IMG/VR virus record: IMGVR_UViG_3300037439_000026
Coordinates: 1-43,107 of that record
Length of the DNA: 43,107 nucleotides
Source of the DNA: a virus
Taxonomy: Duplodnaviria > Caudoviricetes
Reading direction: 5' to 3' (one strand)
The translations under genes and the position numbers were made by a program. Within the stretch, counting starts at the first letter, position 1. Each line of letters begins with the position of its first letter. A model generated the notes under the pieces. That model was not told the origin of the DNA. It was given only the letters and a program-made list of their open reading frames with translations, and made no database searches. Positions 8,679 through 17,808 of this stretch are shown one piece after another.

Positions 8679-9173
8679 TTACTCGACAACCTTTCCGGAA
8701 TTCGTTGGGAGGTCATCCATGGCCGCATACTTCAGGTCCAGGTAGTCCTCTTCGATGATTACGTAAATGGCCTTCAGGTAGGCCTTGATGCCCGTCTTTC
8801 CGTTGACCTCCCAGTGATACGGGCTGATCGAGAGGTCTACCATCACCCTGTCGACCTGATCGAGGATCTCACACGAGTCTTCGTCAAGTTCGGTTCGTCT
8901 GCGGGTGGTCTCGCCGATCATGATGATCCGCGGAGGCCGCACCTTGAAAGCCACGGCAACCTCGAGGAGTGGCTGGTCGGGTTCGCCTGCTTCTCGGCTC
9001 TTCAGACCCTTGACGTTCCAACCGTCCGCGAGCAGCTTCGCGGCCGTGTCGTCATCCAGAAAGACGCAGAAGTTCCGATTGCCCTCCCGATTAAAGTTGT
9101 CTTCCTTGCCAGAGAAGTTCACGAAGACAATTTTCGCGTCTTCGATGGTGATGACGCCGTCGTTACGAGCCAT
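8679..9173 (-). CDS. Putative single-stranded DNA-binding protein
   Basis: FVNFSGKE..NREGNRNF and GIKAYLK pattern typical of this phage SSB family; lies in the replication module. Confidence 0.7.
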   Translation of the reverse strand: MARNDGVITIEDAKIVFVNFSGKEDNFNREGNRNFCVFLDDDTAAKLLADGWNVKGLKSREAGEPDQPLLEVAVAFKVRPPRIIMIGETTRRRTELDEDSCEILDQVDRVMVDLSISPYHWEVNGKTGIKAYLKAIYVIIEEDYLDLKYAAMDDLPTNSGKVVE

Positions 9174-9456
9174 CGCTGATCTTCCTAGCAGCTTCGTAGT
9201 GCGTGTTGAACTCAACATCGGCCATGGTCACGAACCCGTTGTCCTTGGACAGGATCAGGTAGTCGCTAAGTTTGGCTTTCTTGACTCCGTCCAGGGTCGG
9301 GAACATGACGTGTTCGACAGTACTGCTGCCATCGGGCTGCCGTTCAGTCTTCCGAACCACCCGACCATGACACCACGTTGCGGCGAATTCGGCACTGTCT
9401 TCGGTGATCTGAAGAGCCTTGACGCTAGAGCCCTTCGGACGATACGTCTTGTACAT
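9163..9456 (-). CDS. PGDYG-like domain protein (paralogue 2)
   Basis: YRPKGSSVKALQIT..WCHG..PTLDG..DYLI..EFNTHYE. Confidence 0.65.
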   Translation of the reverse strand: MYKTYRPKGSSVKALQITEDSAEFAATWCHGRVVRKTERQPDGSSTVEHVMFPTLDGVKKAKLSDYLILSKDNGFVTMADVEFNTHYEAARKISDGS

Positions 9457-9688
9457 TTTCCACCTCATCTTTCTGTTTCATCATTCGACCGAGCTCCACA
9501 AAGTTTCTGTTCAGAGCCTCTGTATCCCCGACCAGATCCTTCATCATTCGACCGTGCTCCACCAAGTTTCTGTTCAGAGCCTCGGTAACCCTGACCAGAT
9601 CCTTGATAATCCGGTTTGTGTCCTTCTTGATGGTGTGATCCAGATTTTGAAGCGCACGAGTTAGTGCACGAATATCAAGTTCTGCCAT
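9425..9688 (-). CDS. Coiled-coil protein with a 21-aa tandem repeat
   Basis: AGGAG RBS before MAELDIR; repeated ALNRN(L/F)VE(H/L)GRMMK. Confidence 0.65.
   Translation of the reverse strand: MAELDIRALTRALQNLDHTIKKDTNRIIKDLVRVTEALNRNLVEHGRMMKDLVGDTEALNRNFVELGRMMKQKDEVENVQDVSSEGL
9477..9613. repeat. 63-bp tandem repeat, about 2.2 copies
   Basis: 9477-9539 and 9540-9602 are nearly identical; a partial third copy follows. Confidence 0.9.
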
Positions 9689-9698
9689 CTTAACACTC

Positions 9699-9980
9699 CT
9701 AGATGGGCTCGTACTTGGTTTCGAACTCATGTTGGCGCATGACGCGGAAACGTCCCCTTGCGGTTGGCGACATCTCCTTGACGACGTAATCGCCTTCTCC
9801 AGCCCGCTGGACGCCGGAAAGAGTGGGGATGTTCAGCGCAGAGAACTTCTTGGTGTTGTCGATCGGATCGATCTCCTCAACCTCAATACCACCGCACCAC
9901 AGCGCAGCACGATGTACGGATTGGGGAGTAACCTGGATTGCTTCGACCGAGATAGGGATTAGCCGATACTGCCTGGGCAC
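9699..9980 (-). CDS. PGDYG-like domain protein (paralogue 3)
   Basis: GTG start; YRLIPISVEAIQVT..WCGG..IPTLSG..GEGDYVV..EFETKYE. Confidence 0.65.
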   Translation of the reverse strand: MPRQYRLIPISVEAIQVTPQSVHRAALWCGGIEVEEIDPIDNTKKFSALNIPTLSGVQRAGEGDYVVKEMSPTARGRFRVMRQHEFETKYEPI

Positions 9981-9990
9981 GTGTCCCCCC

Positions 9991-10311
9991 TCAGCTAACG
10001 ACAGCATCAGGAATGCAGACGTTGTCGAACTTCTTGTAAGCGTCGATGTACGTCTCGCGCTGATTCCCATTGTAGGTGACCTCGTAGTACATCCCGTCGG
10101 GAAGGGTAGTACTGAGCAGGGCCTTCCAGTTCTGGAGGGTCTTGGCGAACCAGACGACGTAGACGTCGTAGTTGGGTCGCTCATCCGTCTTCTCCAGGCG
10201 AGTTTCGATGTATGCGATGACGGAACCTACCGCTTCGGCCAGAAGATCGGCCTGAACACCTACTCCTGGTCGGAAGGCATCACCATGTACGTCGATGAGT
10301 TCTTCCATCAT
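9991..10311 (-). CDS. DUF6275-like phage protein
   Basis: VYVVWFAKTLQNWKALLSTTLPDGMYYEVTYNG..YIDAYKK signature. Confidence 0.75.
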   Translation of the reverse strand: MMEELIDVHGDAFRPGVGVQADLLAEAVGSVIAYIETRLEKTDERPNYDVYVVWFAKTLQNWKALLSTTLPDGMYYEVTYNGNQRETYIDAYKKFDNVCIPDAVVS

Positions 10312-10628
10312 CCTTCCTCCAACGGTGCGAGCTCAGCGATGGACTTGTGGGTCCACATAGACGCCGTTTCCAACTCGGTGAAGGCCACCGACTTGGCGCG
10401 ACCTGGAGGAAGAACACGGTCGAGCATGTCTGCGAACTCCATGAACTGAACCCGCAGGTAGGCGTGTCGCGGAGCGGTAGCGTTCGGACCCTCGATGGTT
10501 CCCTTGTGGAATCCGAAACGATGCTTGATCTCCAGCACACCAAGCGTTGTGTTGTCCTCTTCGATGTCGAAGTCTTCGTACCGCCCAAATTGACTCTCGG
10601 GCGGACCGTTCTCGGTCAGATGACTCAT
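10308..10628 (-). CDS. Acb2/Tad1-like helical hairpin protein (candidate immune-signal sponge)
   Basis: RFGFH...PPGRAKSVAFTELETASMWTHKSIA resembles the family's RExSLAxTxLEEAxMWxxxxIA helix. Confidence 0.6.
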   Translation of the reverse strand: MSHLTENGPPESQFGRYEDFDIEEDNTTLGVLEIKHRFGFHKGTIEGPNATAPRHAYLRVQFMEFADMLDRVLPPGRAKSVAFTELETASMWTHKSIAELAPLEEG

Positions 10629-10635
10629 CCTTCTC

Positions 10636-13600
10636 CTATCCGATGAATGTCACAAGAGGACCGAAGTAATCAATGGTCTCTCTTGCGTCGTCGACCAGCT
10701 TATCGAAGAACGACATGTCCACAGCTGCCATACCGAGCTCCTTGGCCATCTCCGCCTCGAGCCAGAAATAACCCTTCGTCCCAGAGACTGCGTACTGCTT
10801 GTCGTCCTTCACCCGATAGAGGTTACCCCCTCCGTAACCCTCCTTCACCGGAACAAACAGACCCGTCCTTCCTACGAAGTGCATGCCAGTGTACTTAGGC
10901 ATCTGCACATCAGTGAAGTCCAGATACATGGTGCCAACGGTGACCGACTTCGTCTCACAGAGATCCTCGAACGTAATCGGATTGTTCCGATCGAACAAAG
11001 TCTTGAAGACGTATGGATGCTGGAACTGCGCACCCACTGCGGTCCACTTCGGTGTGTTGCAGTCATCCTGACGCGCTATGTACACCGCGTCATTCACGAG
11101 ACAGAACTGGTCGTACGTAGCCTCGTGTTCGAATGTGTAGCCGTACTTCTCGCCGAACCCCTTGACGAAGTCGATGATCTCCGGCGTTGCGTCGGGAATC
11201 TTGACCGAGTCTGTCTTGATGTGGGCGACCGTGAAGCCTTTCTCCTGAATCGCGTGCTTCAGATCGATCATGAACAAAGCGCCGCGCTTGGCAACGATAT
11301 TGTCTACGTTTCGAACGTCCCGGAATGGGTTGTCGAACTTGGCAGAGGTAAGTCCGTAGACGATGTTGATGACGATCTTGAGAGCGTAGGATAGAGCCTC
11401 AGAATCGTCAGGATTGGCCAGATGCTTGGACAGTCGACCACCAAGAAGAGTTTTGGCCACGTCATAGTCTCGATGTTTAATCGCCAGACGCGCTTGCTTG
11501 AGTTCTCCGAATCGTCTAGTATACTCCTCCCCAAAGAGATTGAGACATTCGATACTCGTCGGATGCATCGAGGCCACATCAAGAAGAGCAACGTTCTGGT
11601 ACATGCCCGGTTCAGCGTAGACGTATCCACCTTCTCCGGTAACCTCACTTCGGTAAGAGCTCTTACCTCGATCGTAGGAGTATCCGGGGAACTCCTTACT
11701 GAGGTCTGTATAGACGAAGCTTCGTTGAGGGTTGCGATCGCCCTTAAATACGATCTGAGCAGTATGCTTAGCAGTAGTGTCATTGACACTGAGGCCACTA
11801 AGATCAGCCAGAATTTGCCTGGCAACGAAATCACCCTTTCTGGATTCGAAGGTAGCTTCGGTCGCGACGACGTCGTTCACGCAGTACTCAACGACCCGCG
11901 AAATGTCCTTCTCATCGACCGGCTGATCCCACGGAAGATCCAACTCCATGTGGTGCAGACCGAGCTCGATCTCAAACTTCTTCAGACCCTGCTTCTTCGA
12001 CGAGAAATCATAGATGTCCGTGTAGGAAATCTTGTACGCCTCACCGAACAGTGCCGAAGCGGCCCCAGAAATGATCTTCTGAGACAGCCGGTACAACAAC
12101 TCGTTACTGTAGCCCATGTACCTAGCGTACATGATATGGTTGTCATACCGACGATTGTTGAAGCCCACGAGCTTCATCCGGAAGAGCTTCTCGACCTCTT
12201 GGGGTGTCGGGTTGATCATGCGAACGACGTTGGGGTCACCCTGGTACTTCCAACACACCACGAGCAGGTTCGGGTAGACCTCGATGTCAAAGAAGACAAG
12301 ACGATCGTCGTCTGGCTTCTCGGCCTCCAAGACCGGTTCCACGCTTTCTTCAGCAGATTGGAATCGCATCTTCATCACGGTCTTCAGGCACACGAGTGGT
12401 TGATTCGTGCTGCTGTTGGCGAAGGCCAGGATCTTCGGTCGCAGATCGATGACGTCGTATCTCATCCCCGAGAGATATGCCTCCTCGAGGATCTTGTGGA
12501 TGAAGTCGATGCTCGGCTTTGTTCCTGGGTGAATCTCCTTCCGCAGATTCCGAGCGATTAGTTCCCGAAGTCCCCTCTCGCTTTTGACTGTGTCCACCTG
12601 CAACATCTTCTTCTCCTTGAGCGGCAGACCGCTGTTTATAGTTGCGATGGGGACGTTATTGCACTTGGTGAGCCTCCGACGAAGAGATGCGTCACCGGTG
12701 AATACTTTGACCTCAATTCCATCAGAGTAGGCACGGGCAAGCTGGTTGGTATCTCCGTCGTAGATATAGTGCAGATGAACGCCACTTTCACTCTTGCTAA
12801 GCTCACCGTATGTCGCGGGCCAAGAGCTAGCCGCCTCGAGATTCTTCTCCAGAGATTTATATCCATCATCGTCCTTGAGATCGAAGTCGATCACAATATG
12901 TTGTTCTGGGACGGCGACGTAATGCAACTGTGAGGTATCGATCTCGGCCAAAGTGGTCTTGACCATAGCCCACCGCTTCTGCGGAGTCCCATCTTCTTTT
13001 GCGTACTGAGCCGCTAGATCAGCGTACTCGAGGTCAAATATCGACTTAGTTTCATCCATCACCAGCGAGAAGATCTTTCCGTCATCGCTGATTGGAGTCT
13101 TGAATGCCGACGCAGTGAATCCCGAGTAGTAACTTCTCATAGTGGCTCCATCAACTGTCAGTCTATCGTGGAACTCTTCGAAATAGTTCCTTAGCTCCTC
13201 TCGAACCTTATACTGAGGAAGAGGCTTTTCGATCCCAGTGTCTGTGCAGAATTCTTTGTACAGACTGTACGCCTGCTTAAGAGTTGCCCCGTTCTGGTGC
13301 TTGAAGATGTCAAAGTGTGCTTCGATGAAGTTGAAGAATATATCCGTTTGGAGCATCATCTCCAACGGGCGGTAGGAATTGTAGTAATTCTTCCCCATAG
13401 CCCGATAGACCTCAAGGCAGTGATGCGCAACAGCACCAAGCTCGAAGTCAATCCTCGACATCAACGTATGGTAGTGATTAGGCGCGAATCGTTCGCCCGT
13501 CGGGTGCACATCAATAAGACGTCGAATAATACCCGACTTGGCGTCCGAGATCTTGACCGGCTTGTTAGTACCCATGAATAAGAACGCATTGATCCGAGCC

Positions 13601-14379
13601 GTGTAGCTCGGCTTGTGCTTCTCATTCATCGTCATCTCTTCGTGAGATACGATCGAGTTTAGTTTGGTGTTGTCCTCGATCCTGGAGAGATCACCGTCGT
13701 GTTGGATTGCAACAAGAGGGTTACCTCTGAATATCTCTGTAGAGAATGTGTTCCCGTTCGATCCAAGAGCTTTTGCTTCGAACGAGGTTGTGTACCCATC
13801 GAAGAGTTTTTGGATGATGTCGAGAACAGTAGACTTGCCGGTTCCTGCGCGCCCGTACAATACTAGGAACTTTTGGAGCTTCTTCGAGTCGCCAGAGACC
13901 ACAGAGCCGATAGCCCATTCGATCTTGGCTCGTTCTTCCGGAGCATACAACTTTGAGATCAGTTCGTCCCATGCTGAAATATCCCCGGGGGCTAGCATGT
14001 ATGGAAGCCTTCTACTGATGTAGTCGGACTTCTTTACCTTCGTATTGGCGAAGGTTAGCGTCTCGTCAAGTTGATGGCTGTTGTCACTGATCTGGCTTAT
14101 GAACCGACGGAACTGGTTCCAGACGTTGTTGTTAAACGATCGCATGTATTTGACATCGGCCTCAGGACCATTTGTCTTGGCGGCCTCTGCTAGTTTCATG
14201 TCGACCAAGCGCTGGACATCGTATTCGTCCGTAGACCATAAACCAGCTTCTTCATCCCAGATCGCATAGAACGATCGTCCCCGCACCATTAGATCTTTGG
14301 AACGACCGACAAGGAAGTCTGGATAGACCTCTACGCCACCGCCCTTAGTCTTCTTGGTACAGATCTGAAAGAAGTCCAT
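10636..14379 (-). CDS. Multifunctional SF3 helicase / primase / 3'-5' exonuclease / family B DNA polymerase
   Basis: GRAGTGKST; IDFD..SGVHLHY (prim-pol); FDIE, FNNRRYD and YCVND (ExoI-III); DVASMHP, KIVINIVYG and KTDS (PolB). Confidence 0.9.
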   Translation of the reverse strand: MDFFQICTKKTKGGGVEVYPDFLVGRSKDLMVRGRSFYAIWDEEAGLWSTDEYDVQRLVDMKLAEAAKTNGPEADVKYMRSFNNNVWNQFRRFISQISDNSHQLDETLTFANTKVKKSDYISRRLPYMLAPGDISAWDELISKLYAPEERAKIEWAIGSVVSGDSKKLQKFLVLYGRAGTGKSTVLDIIQKLFDGYTTSFEAKALGSNGNTFSTEIFRGNPLVAIQHDGDLSRIEDNTKLNSIVSHEEMTMNEKHKPSYTARINAFLFMGTNKPVKISDAKSGIIRRLIDVHPTGERFAPNHYHTLMSRIDFELGAVAHHCLEVYRAMGKNYYNSYRPLEMMLQTDIFFNFIEAHFDIFKHQNGATLKQAYSLYKEFCTDTGIEKPLPQYKVREELRNYFEEFHDRLTVDGATMRSYYSGFTASAFKTPISDDGKIFSLVMDETKSIFDLEYADLAAQYAKEDGTPQKRWAMVKTTLAEIDTSQLHYVAVPEQHIVIDFDLKDDDGYKSLEKNLEAASSWPATYGELSKSESGVHLHYIYDGDTNQLARAYSDGIEVKVFTGDASLRRRLTKCNNVPIATINSGLPLKEKKMLQVDTVKSERGLRELIARNLRKEIHPGTKPSIDFIHKILEEAYLSGMRYDVIDLRPKILAFANSSTNQPLVCLKTVMKMRFQSAEESVEPVLEAEKPDDDRLVFFDIEVYPNLLVVCWKYQGDPNVVRMINPTPQEVEKLFRMKLVGFNNRRYDNHIMYARYMGYSNELLYRLSQKIISGAASALFGEAYKISYTDIYDFSSKKQGLKKFEIELGLHHMELDLPWDQPVDEKDISRVVEYCVNDVVATEATFESRKGDFVARQILADLSGLSVNDTTAKHTAQIVFKGDRNPQRSFVYTDLSKEFPGYSYDRGKSSYRSEVTGEGGYVYAEPGMYQNVALLDVASMHPTSIECLNLFGEEYTRRFGELKQARLAIKHRDYDVAKTLLGGRLSKHLANPDDSEALSYALKIVINIVYGLTSAKFDNPFRDVRNVDNIVAKRGALFMIDLKHAIQEKGFTVAHIKTDSVKIPDATPEIIDFVKGFGEKYGYTFEHEATYDQFCLVNDAVYIARQDDCNTPKWTAVGAQFQHPYVFKTLFDRNNPITFEDLCETKSVTVGTMYLDFTDVQMPKYTGMHFVGRTGLFVPVKEGYGGGNLYRVKDDKQYAVSGTKGYFWLEAEMAKELGMAAVDMSFFDKLVDDARETIDYFGPLVTFIG

Positions 14380-14395
14380 GCTCCTCCTTTCGGTA

Positions 14396-14920
14396 CTAAT
14401 CTTCCAGGAGGTACGCGCTCAGTTGGTACCAGAGCTCGACTTCTCGCTGATCTTGTTTGGGGTGTTTTAGTGGGAATATACCACCAACACCATCAGGTTC
14501 GTAAGTCCTCCAGATTACACGCTCAAGAATTTCGTCGATGCGGTCTGTTGAGATGATGCGTGCGTCGCTGTAGATCCGCAAGCCTAGATTGTCCATCATG
14601 TGCCAGAACCAGCCGGAAGGCTCACCATCACCTTCGAAAGCAAGCCTTCTCGACAGTCCGACAAAGAGCTCGAGCATGGAGCAACCTATACCGATCCAGT
14701 ATGGATCCTCGACGGCGATGTTCTGATCCGTCAAGAATTCCATTCTGAGATCGCGTCCGTCTTCTACTCGGTTGTCATCGTTCGGAACAACCCAGACAAA
14801 CTCCTTCTTATGAAGTTGTTTCAGCAGTTCCCAGTAGGTCTTAGTTTGATTCTTTACATTTACCGAGCCGACTTGACTGTACAGCCATTGGAAGTACAAC
14901 TCGTCAAGTGGCGGAGACAT
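14396..14920 (-). CDS. Conserved phage hypothetical protein
   Basis: Tightly packed ORF upstream of the polymerase gene. Confidence 0.8.
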   Translation of the reverse strand: MSPPLDELYFQWLYSQVGSVNVKNQTKTYWELLKQLHKKEFVWVVPNDDNRVEDGRDLRMEFLTDQNIAVEDPYWIGIGCSMLELFVGLSRRLAFEGDGEPSGWFWHMMDNLGLRIYSDARIISTDRIDEILERVIWRTYEPDGVGGIFPLKHPKQDQREVELWYQLSAYLLED

Positions 14921-14921
14921 A

Positions 14922-15575
14922 TCAGTCGTCCGTCACACCGAGGACTTCGGTCGAGAACTTCCCCATGCTCCTAGAGATCTCGATCTCGAGCTTCAGATCG
15001 TTGTTGCGCACGTAGAGAATATGCGCTTCCTCGGCCATGTCGTCGTAGGTCTTGAGTGCGTTGCCGACAAGATCCTGCAACCGATCATCATCAATCGGCT
15101 CGTCCTTCTCATCAGCCAGGACACCATCACCCGCGTACCAAGTCATCGAGACCTGATCGTATCCCGTCTCATTGCCGAGGAACTCGTCCTCGTCGATGAC
15201 GTGCGGATAGTTCTCGTCGATATCTCTCAAGGACGGCTTCGGCTGCTTCCAGACGTTCTTGACGATCAGACCGGTATCGTCATCCTTCGCACCCGGATTG
15301 ATAGAAACGCCCTGGTAGTTCGTCAGAGCCTTGACCGCGGCGTCCAGCTTCGGGTCTTCCCCGATGAGCTCCTTCACGGCCTTCTCCGGAGTCTCAAACG
15401 GCCCGGATTTCCTTACCGCGGCATAGAACTTCTTGGCCTCAGCGATCTCTTGCTGAGCCAACTCGCTGTACTTCGTCTCGAGTTGCTTCTTGGTCAGGAA
15501 ATACCCGACAGCAGCTCCAGTCACAGTGGATGTGACCACAGACAACCCAAGGATCAATGCGTTCTTGTTCATCAT
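14922..15575 (-). CDS. Hypothetical protein with an N-terminal membrane anchor
   Basis: N-terminal hydrophobic helix, coiled coil and acidic C-terminal domain. Confidence 0.8.
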   Translation of the reverse strand: MMNKNALILGLSVVTSTVTGAAVGYFLTKKQLETKYSELAQQEIAEAKKFYAAVRKSGPFETPEKAVKELIGEDPKLDAAVKALTNYQGVSINPGAKDDDTGLIVKNVWKQPKPSLRDIDENYPHVIDEDEFLGNETGYDQVSMTWYAGDGVLADEKDEPIDDDRLQDLVGNALKTYDDMAEEAHILYVRNNDLKLEIEISRSMGKFSTEVLGVTDD

Positions 15576-15580
15576 GACCC

Positions 15581-16483
15581 TCAGATCTTGTCCCAGATGA
15601 CACCGTCGACGTTGAAGTCGAGCAGCACGGACCGTTCGCTACCATTGACAAACTCCTGTCCCGTGTACGCGTCGCCCGAGAACACGCCAAAGTCAACGAA
15701 GCCGTCACCATCCTTGCCATCCAGAAGCCATCCGACGACAGCGCCTTCTGGAGACCGCTCGAGACCCAGCATGTCATATACCTCGTTCAGGAACATGTGG
15801 CCGCGAGCACGAAGCTTATCGTTGGCGTAGTTCTGCTGGCACTGGACGAAGTACTGGTTCTGGTAGGGCGCCTTACTCCACGACGACGAAGTCTCGTCGA
15901 AGAACCGTGCGTAGATCGAGACGTTCTTCCCGCCGAGGACCTTGACCTTCTGGATCTTGGTGCCCAGTTCGGTATCCTCCGAGAGCTCAGTCTCGATGGC
16001 CTCACCGTACCGGAACTGTCGGTCCTTCTCCGGACCAAGCTCATCCAGAACCCGCTTGCGGTACTGCTCGAACCCCTTCTCCAGGGCTGCATACGCTGCG
16101 GTCACTCCAGCCAGCCGCCGGTTAAGAACCACATGCGATCCCGTCAGGGCAGCAACCGAAGCCGCGCCGATAAGAAGCGCAGGGCCGTACAACTTCACAA
16201 GCTTGACGGCAGTCTTGGTGTACAGCAGCGCTAGATCTCGCTGGCGATCGGCATCCGTGTATTCCTTACCAAAACGAACGCCCTCGACCATCATCTTCAG
16301 CTTCTCGTGCTCCTCGAGGGTCTCTTCGACCTTGAGGGTGGCCTTGCTGGCCAGAATAACCGTAGTGACGACACCGGCGACACCGGCAGCGAACAGTAAC
16401 GCAGGAGAGTGCTTCTGAACCGTCAGAACCTGACGACCCATACGACTCGTTAGTGCGTTCTTGACGAACTGGAGCTTGTTCAC
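15581..16483 (-). CDS. DUF6353-like membrane-associated protein
   Basis: HSPALLFAAGVAG, AAYAALEKGFEQYR, FLNEVYDMLGL..VVGW, DFNVDG. Confidence 0.75.
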   Translation of the reverse strand: MNKLQFVKNALTSRMGRQVLTVQKHSPALLFAAGVAGVVTTVILASKATLKVEETLEEHEKLKMMVEGVRFGKEYTDADRQRDLALLYTKTAVKLVKLYGPALLIGAASVAALTGSHVVLNRRLAGVTAAYAALEKGFEQYRKRVLDELGPEKDRQFRYGEAIETELSEDTELGTKIQKVKVLGGKNVSIYARFFDETSSSWSKAPYQNQYFVQCQQNYANDKLRARGHMFLNEVYDMLGLERSPEGAVVGWLLDGKDGDGFVDFGVFSGDAYTGQEFVNGSERSVLLDFNVDGVIWDKI

Positions 16484-16501
16484 GGACCTTTCCTTTCTAA
16501 T

Positions 16502-17149
16502 TTAGTCGAGAGTTTCGGGGCGAGGCATCACGAGCAAATATCCTGTTCGGAGCCTCTGGATCTTGGTGCCTCTCAGATCGTTCCAGCCCCACTTCTCGTT
16601 GACGTAGTTTCCAGATATGCCGACCAGTTCGTACAGGTCCGCGACGGTAGCCGAACCGTACTTCTCCACCAAGTCAAATAGACGATCGATGACTTCCTCA
16701 GCCTCTACTCGAGTGGCCAGGATGATCTCGTCGAATTCATGGCGCTTCTTTTCGTACGGAGGCCTAGGTTCCTCGCGTCGAACTTGTGCGCCATTGGAAA
16801 GGCGGTTGTAGCTGACGTAGCCACTTGTGCCGCTGTTAGGGCGATAACCCGCACGACGACTAGTTGAACGAACTTCACCGAACAGCATCCGTTCGATACC
16901 TTGACTGAACGCATCTGCGATCGTGTCCTTGGCCGCAGGAAGGAGGACATCCATCATTACGTAGCCCAGAACACCTTTTGCATCACCACCGATGAAAGTC
17001 TCGAGGAATCGCTTGCTCAAAGGCTTCTTTCGACGAATCGCAGCCTTCTCGACGACTCTTTCGACTCTCTTCTCTTCTACCGGTTCGGGCTTTTCAACTT
17101 TTTCCGTGGGCTTCAATACCCGACGGCTGTTGCCCGGGAACTCGTCCAC
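16502..17149 (-). CDS. Conserved phage hypothetical protein
   Basis: Long ORF with a GAGGG RBS; C-terminal ATVADLYELVG..KWGW. Confidence 0.8.
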   Translation of the reverse strand: MDEFPGNSRRVLKPTEKVEKPEPVEEKRVERVVEKAAIRRKKPLSKRFLETFIGGDAKGVLGYVMMDVLLPAAKDTIADAFSQGIERMLFGEVRSTSRRAGYRPNSGTSGYVSYNRLSNGAQVRREEPRPPYEKKRHEFDEIILATRVEAEEVIDRLFDLVEKYGSATVADLYELVGISGNYVNEKWGWNDLRGTKIQRLRTGYLLVMPRPETLD

Positions 17150-17169
17150 ATTTCCCTCAATCCCTGGAG

Positions 17170-17204
17170 AAAAACTAACAGACCACGTTCGGTCCGCTAG
17201 TTTT
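17170..17204 (-). terminator. Hairpin/terminator after the 17210-17458 gene
   Basis: Minus strand AAAACTAGCGGACC-gaacgt-GGTCTGTTAGTTTTT. Confidence 0.65.
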
Positions 17205-17209
17205 GATTT

Positions 17210-17458
17210 CTACTTGTGGAGCTTCGGCTTGACGTTCTCGTTCCACCAGGCGATGGCTTCGTCGATCTTGGCATCCGTGTACTTCTTCGAAGCGTCTGCG
17301 GCGATGCTACCCAGAACGAACGACGCCGAGGTGATGGTCACCACATCGGTGATCTTTTCGGGGTTCGTGTTGTTCTTGATAACACCAACAACGATCTTGG
17401 AGGTACCGGTGCCAATAACGGCGCTAACAACTAGCTTAGCGATGTCGAGCTTGGTCAT
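17210..17458 (-). CDS. Small hypothetical membrane-associated protein
   Basis: Has its own promoter motif and AAAGGA RBS. Confidence 0.8.
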   Translation of the reverse strand: MTKLDIAKLVVSAVIGTGTSKIVVGVIKNNTNPEKITDVVTITSASFVLGSIAADASKKYTDAKIDEAIAWWNENVKPKLHK

Positions 17459-17474
17459 TGGGGTTCCTTTCGTA

Positions 17475-17506
17475 GGGTCTCATTACATGGCGTGTTTTAC
17501 TTGCGA
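17475..17506 (-). promoter_or_regulatory. Conserved phage promoter motif, copy 1
   Basis: TCGCA-agtaaaa-CACG-cca-TGTAAT-GAGACCC. Confidence 0.75.
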
Positions 17507-17664
17507 GTCAGGTATTCGCTCACTCGGACCAACGCCATTGTTTTCCCAACGCATACCCAATGCGTTTCATCGACGGAGTTGCTTTCCAACCATTCTTTGG
17601 TGTCTTCGGGCGTGCCATTGAAAATGGGCCGCATGTTGCTAGTAAGTACGGCATCGAAATACAA
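17497..17664 (-). CDS. Small hypothetical protein, 55 aa (absent from the ORF track)
   Basis: Perfect AGAAAGGAGGTG RBS and TTG start; MYFDAVLTSNMRPIFNGTPEDTKEWLE. Confidence 0.7.
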   Translation of the reverse strand: MYFDAVLTSNMRPIFNGTPEDTKEWLESNSVDETHWVCVGKTMALVRVSEYLTRK

Positions 17665-17704
17665 GGTTCACCTCCTTTCTTTTAAAATTTAATTTGCGAG
17701 AGGG

Positions 17705-17804
17705 TGAAGGGCGCATGTTCGCCGGAGGTCTTCGGCTGTCGTTTAAGTTACGCCTCCGGGTAAGGATCCGGACCCCAAATACAGATCCTGGCGTAACCCC
17801 TTCA
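17705..17804 (-). ncRNA. Candidate multi-helix structured RNA
   Basis: Perfect helices 17705-11/17798-804, 17747-54/17790-97, 17763-68/17784-89 and 17722-28/17753-59. Confidence 0.45.
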
Positions 17805-17808
17805 AATG

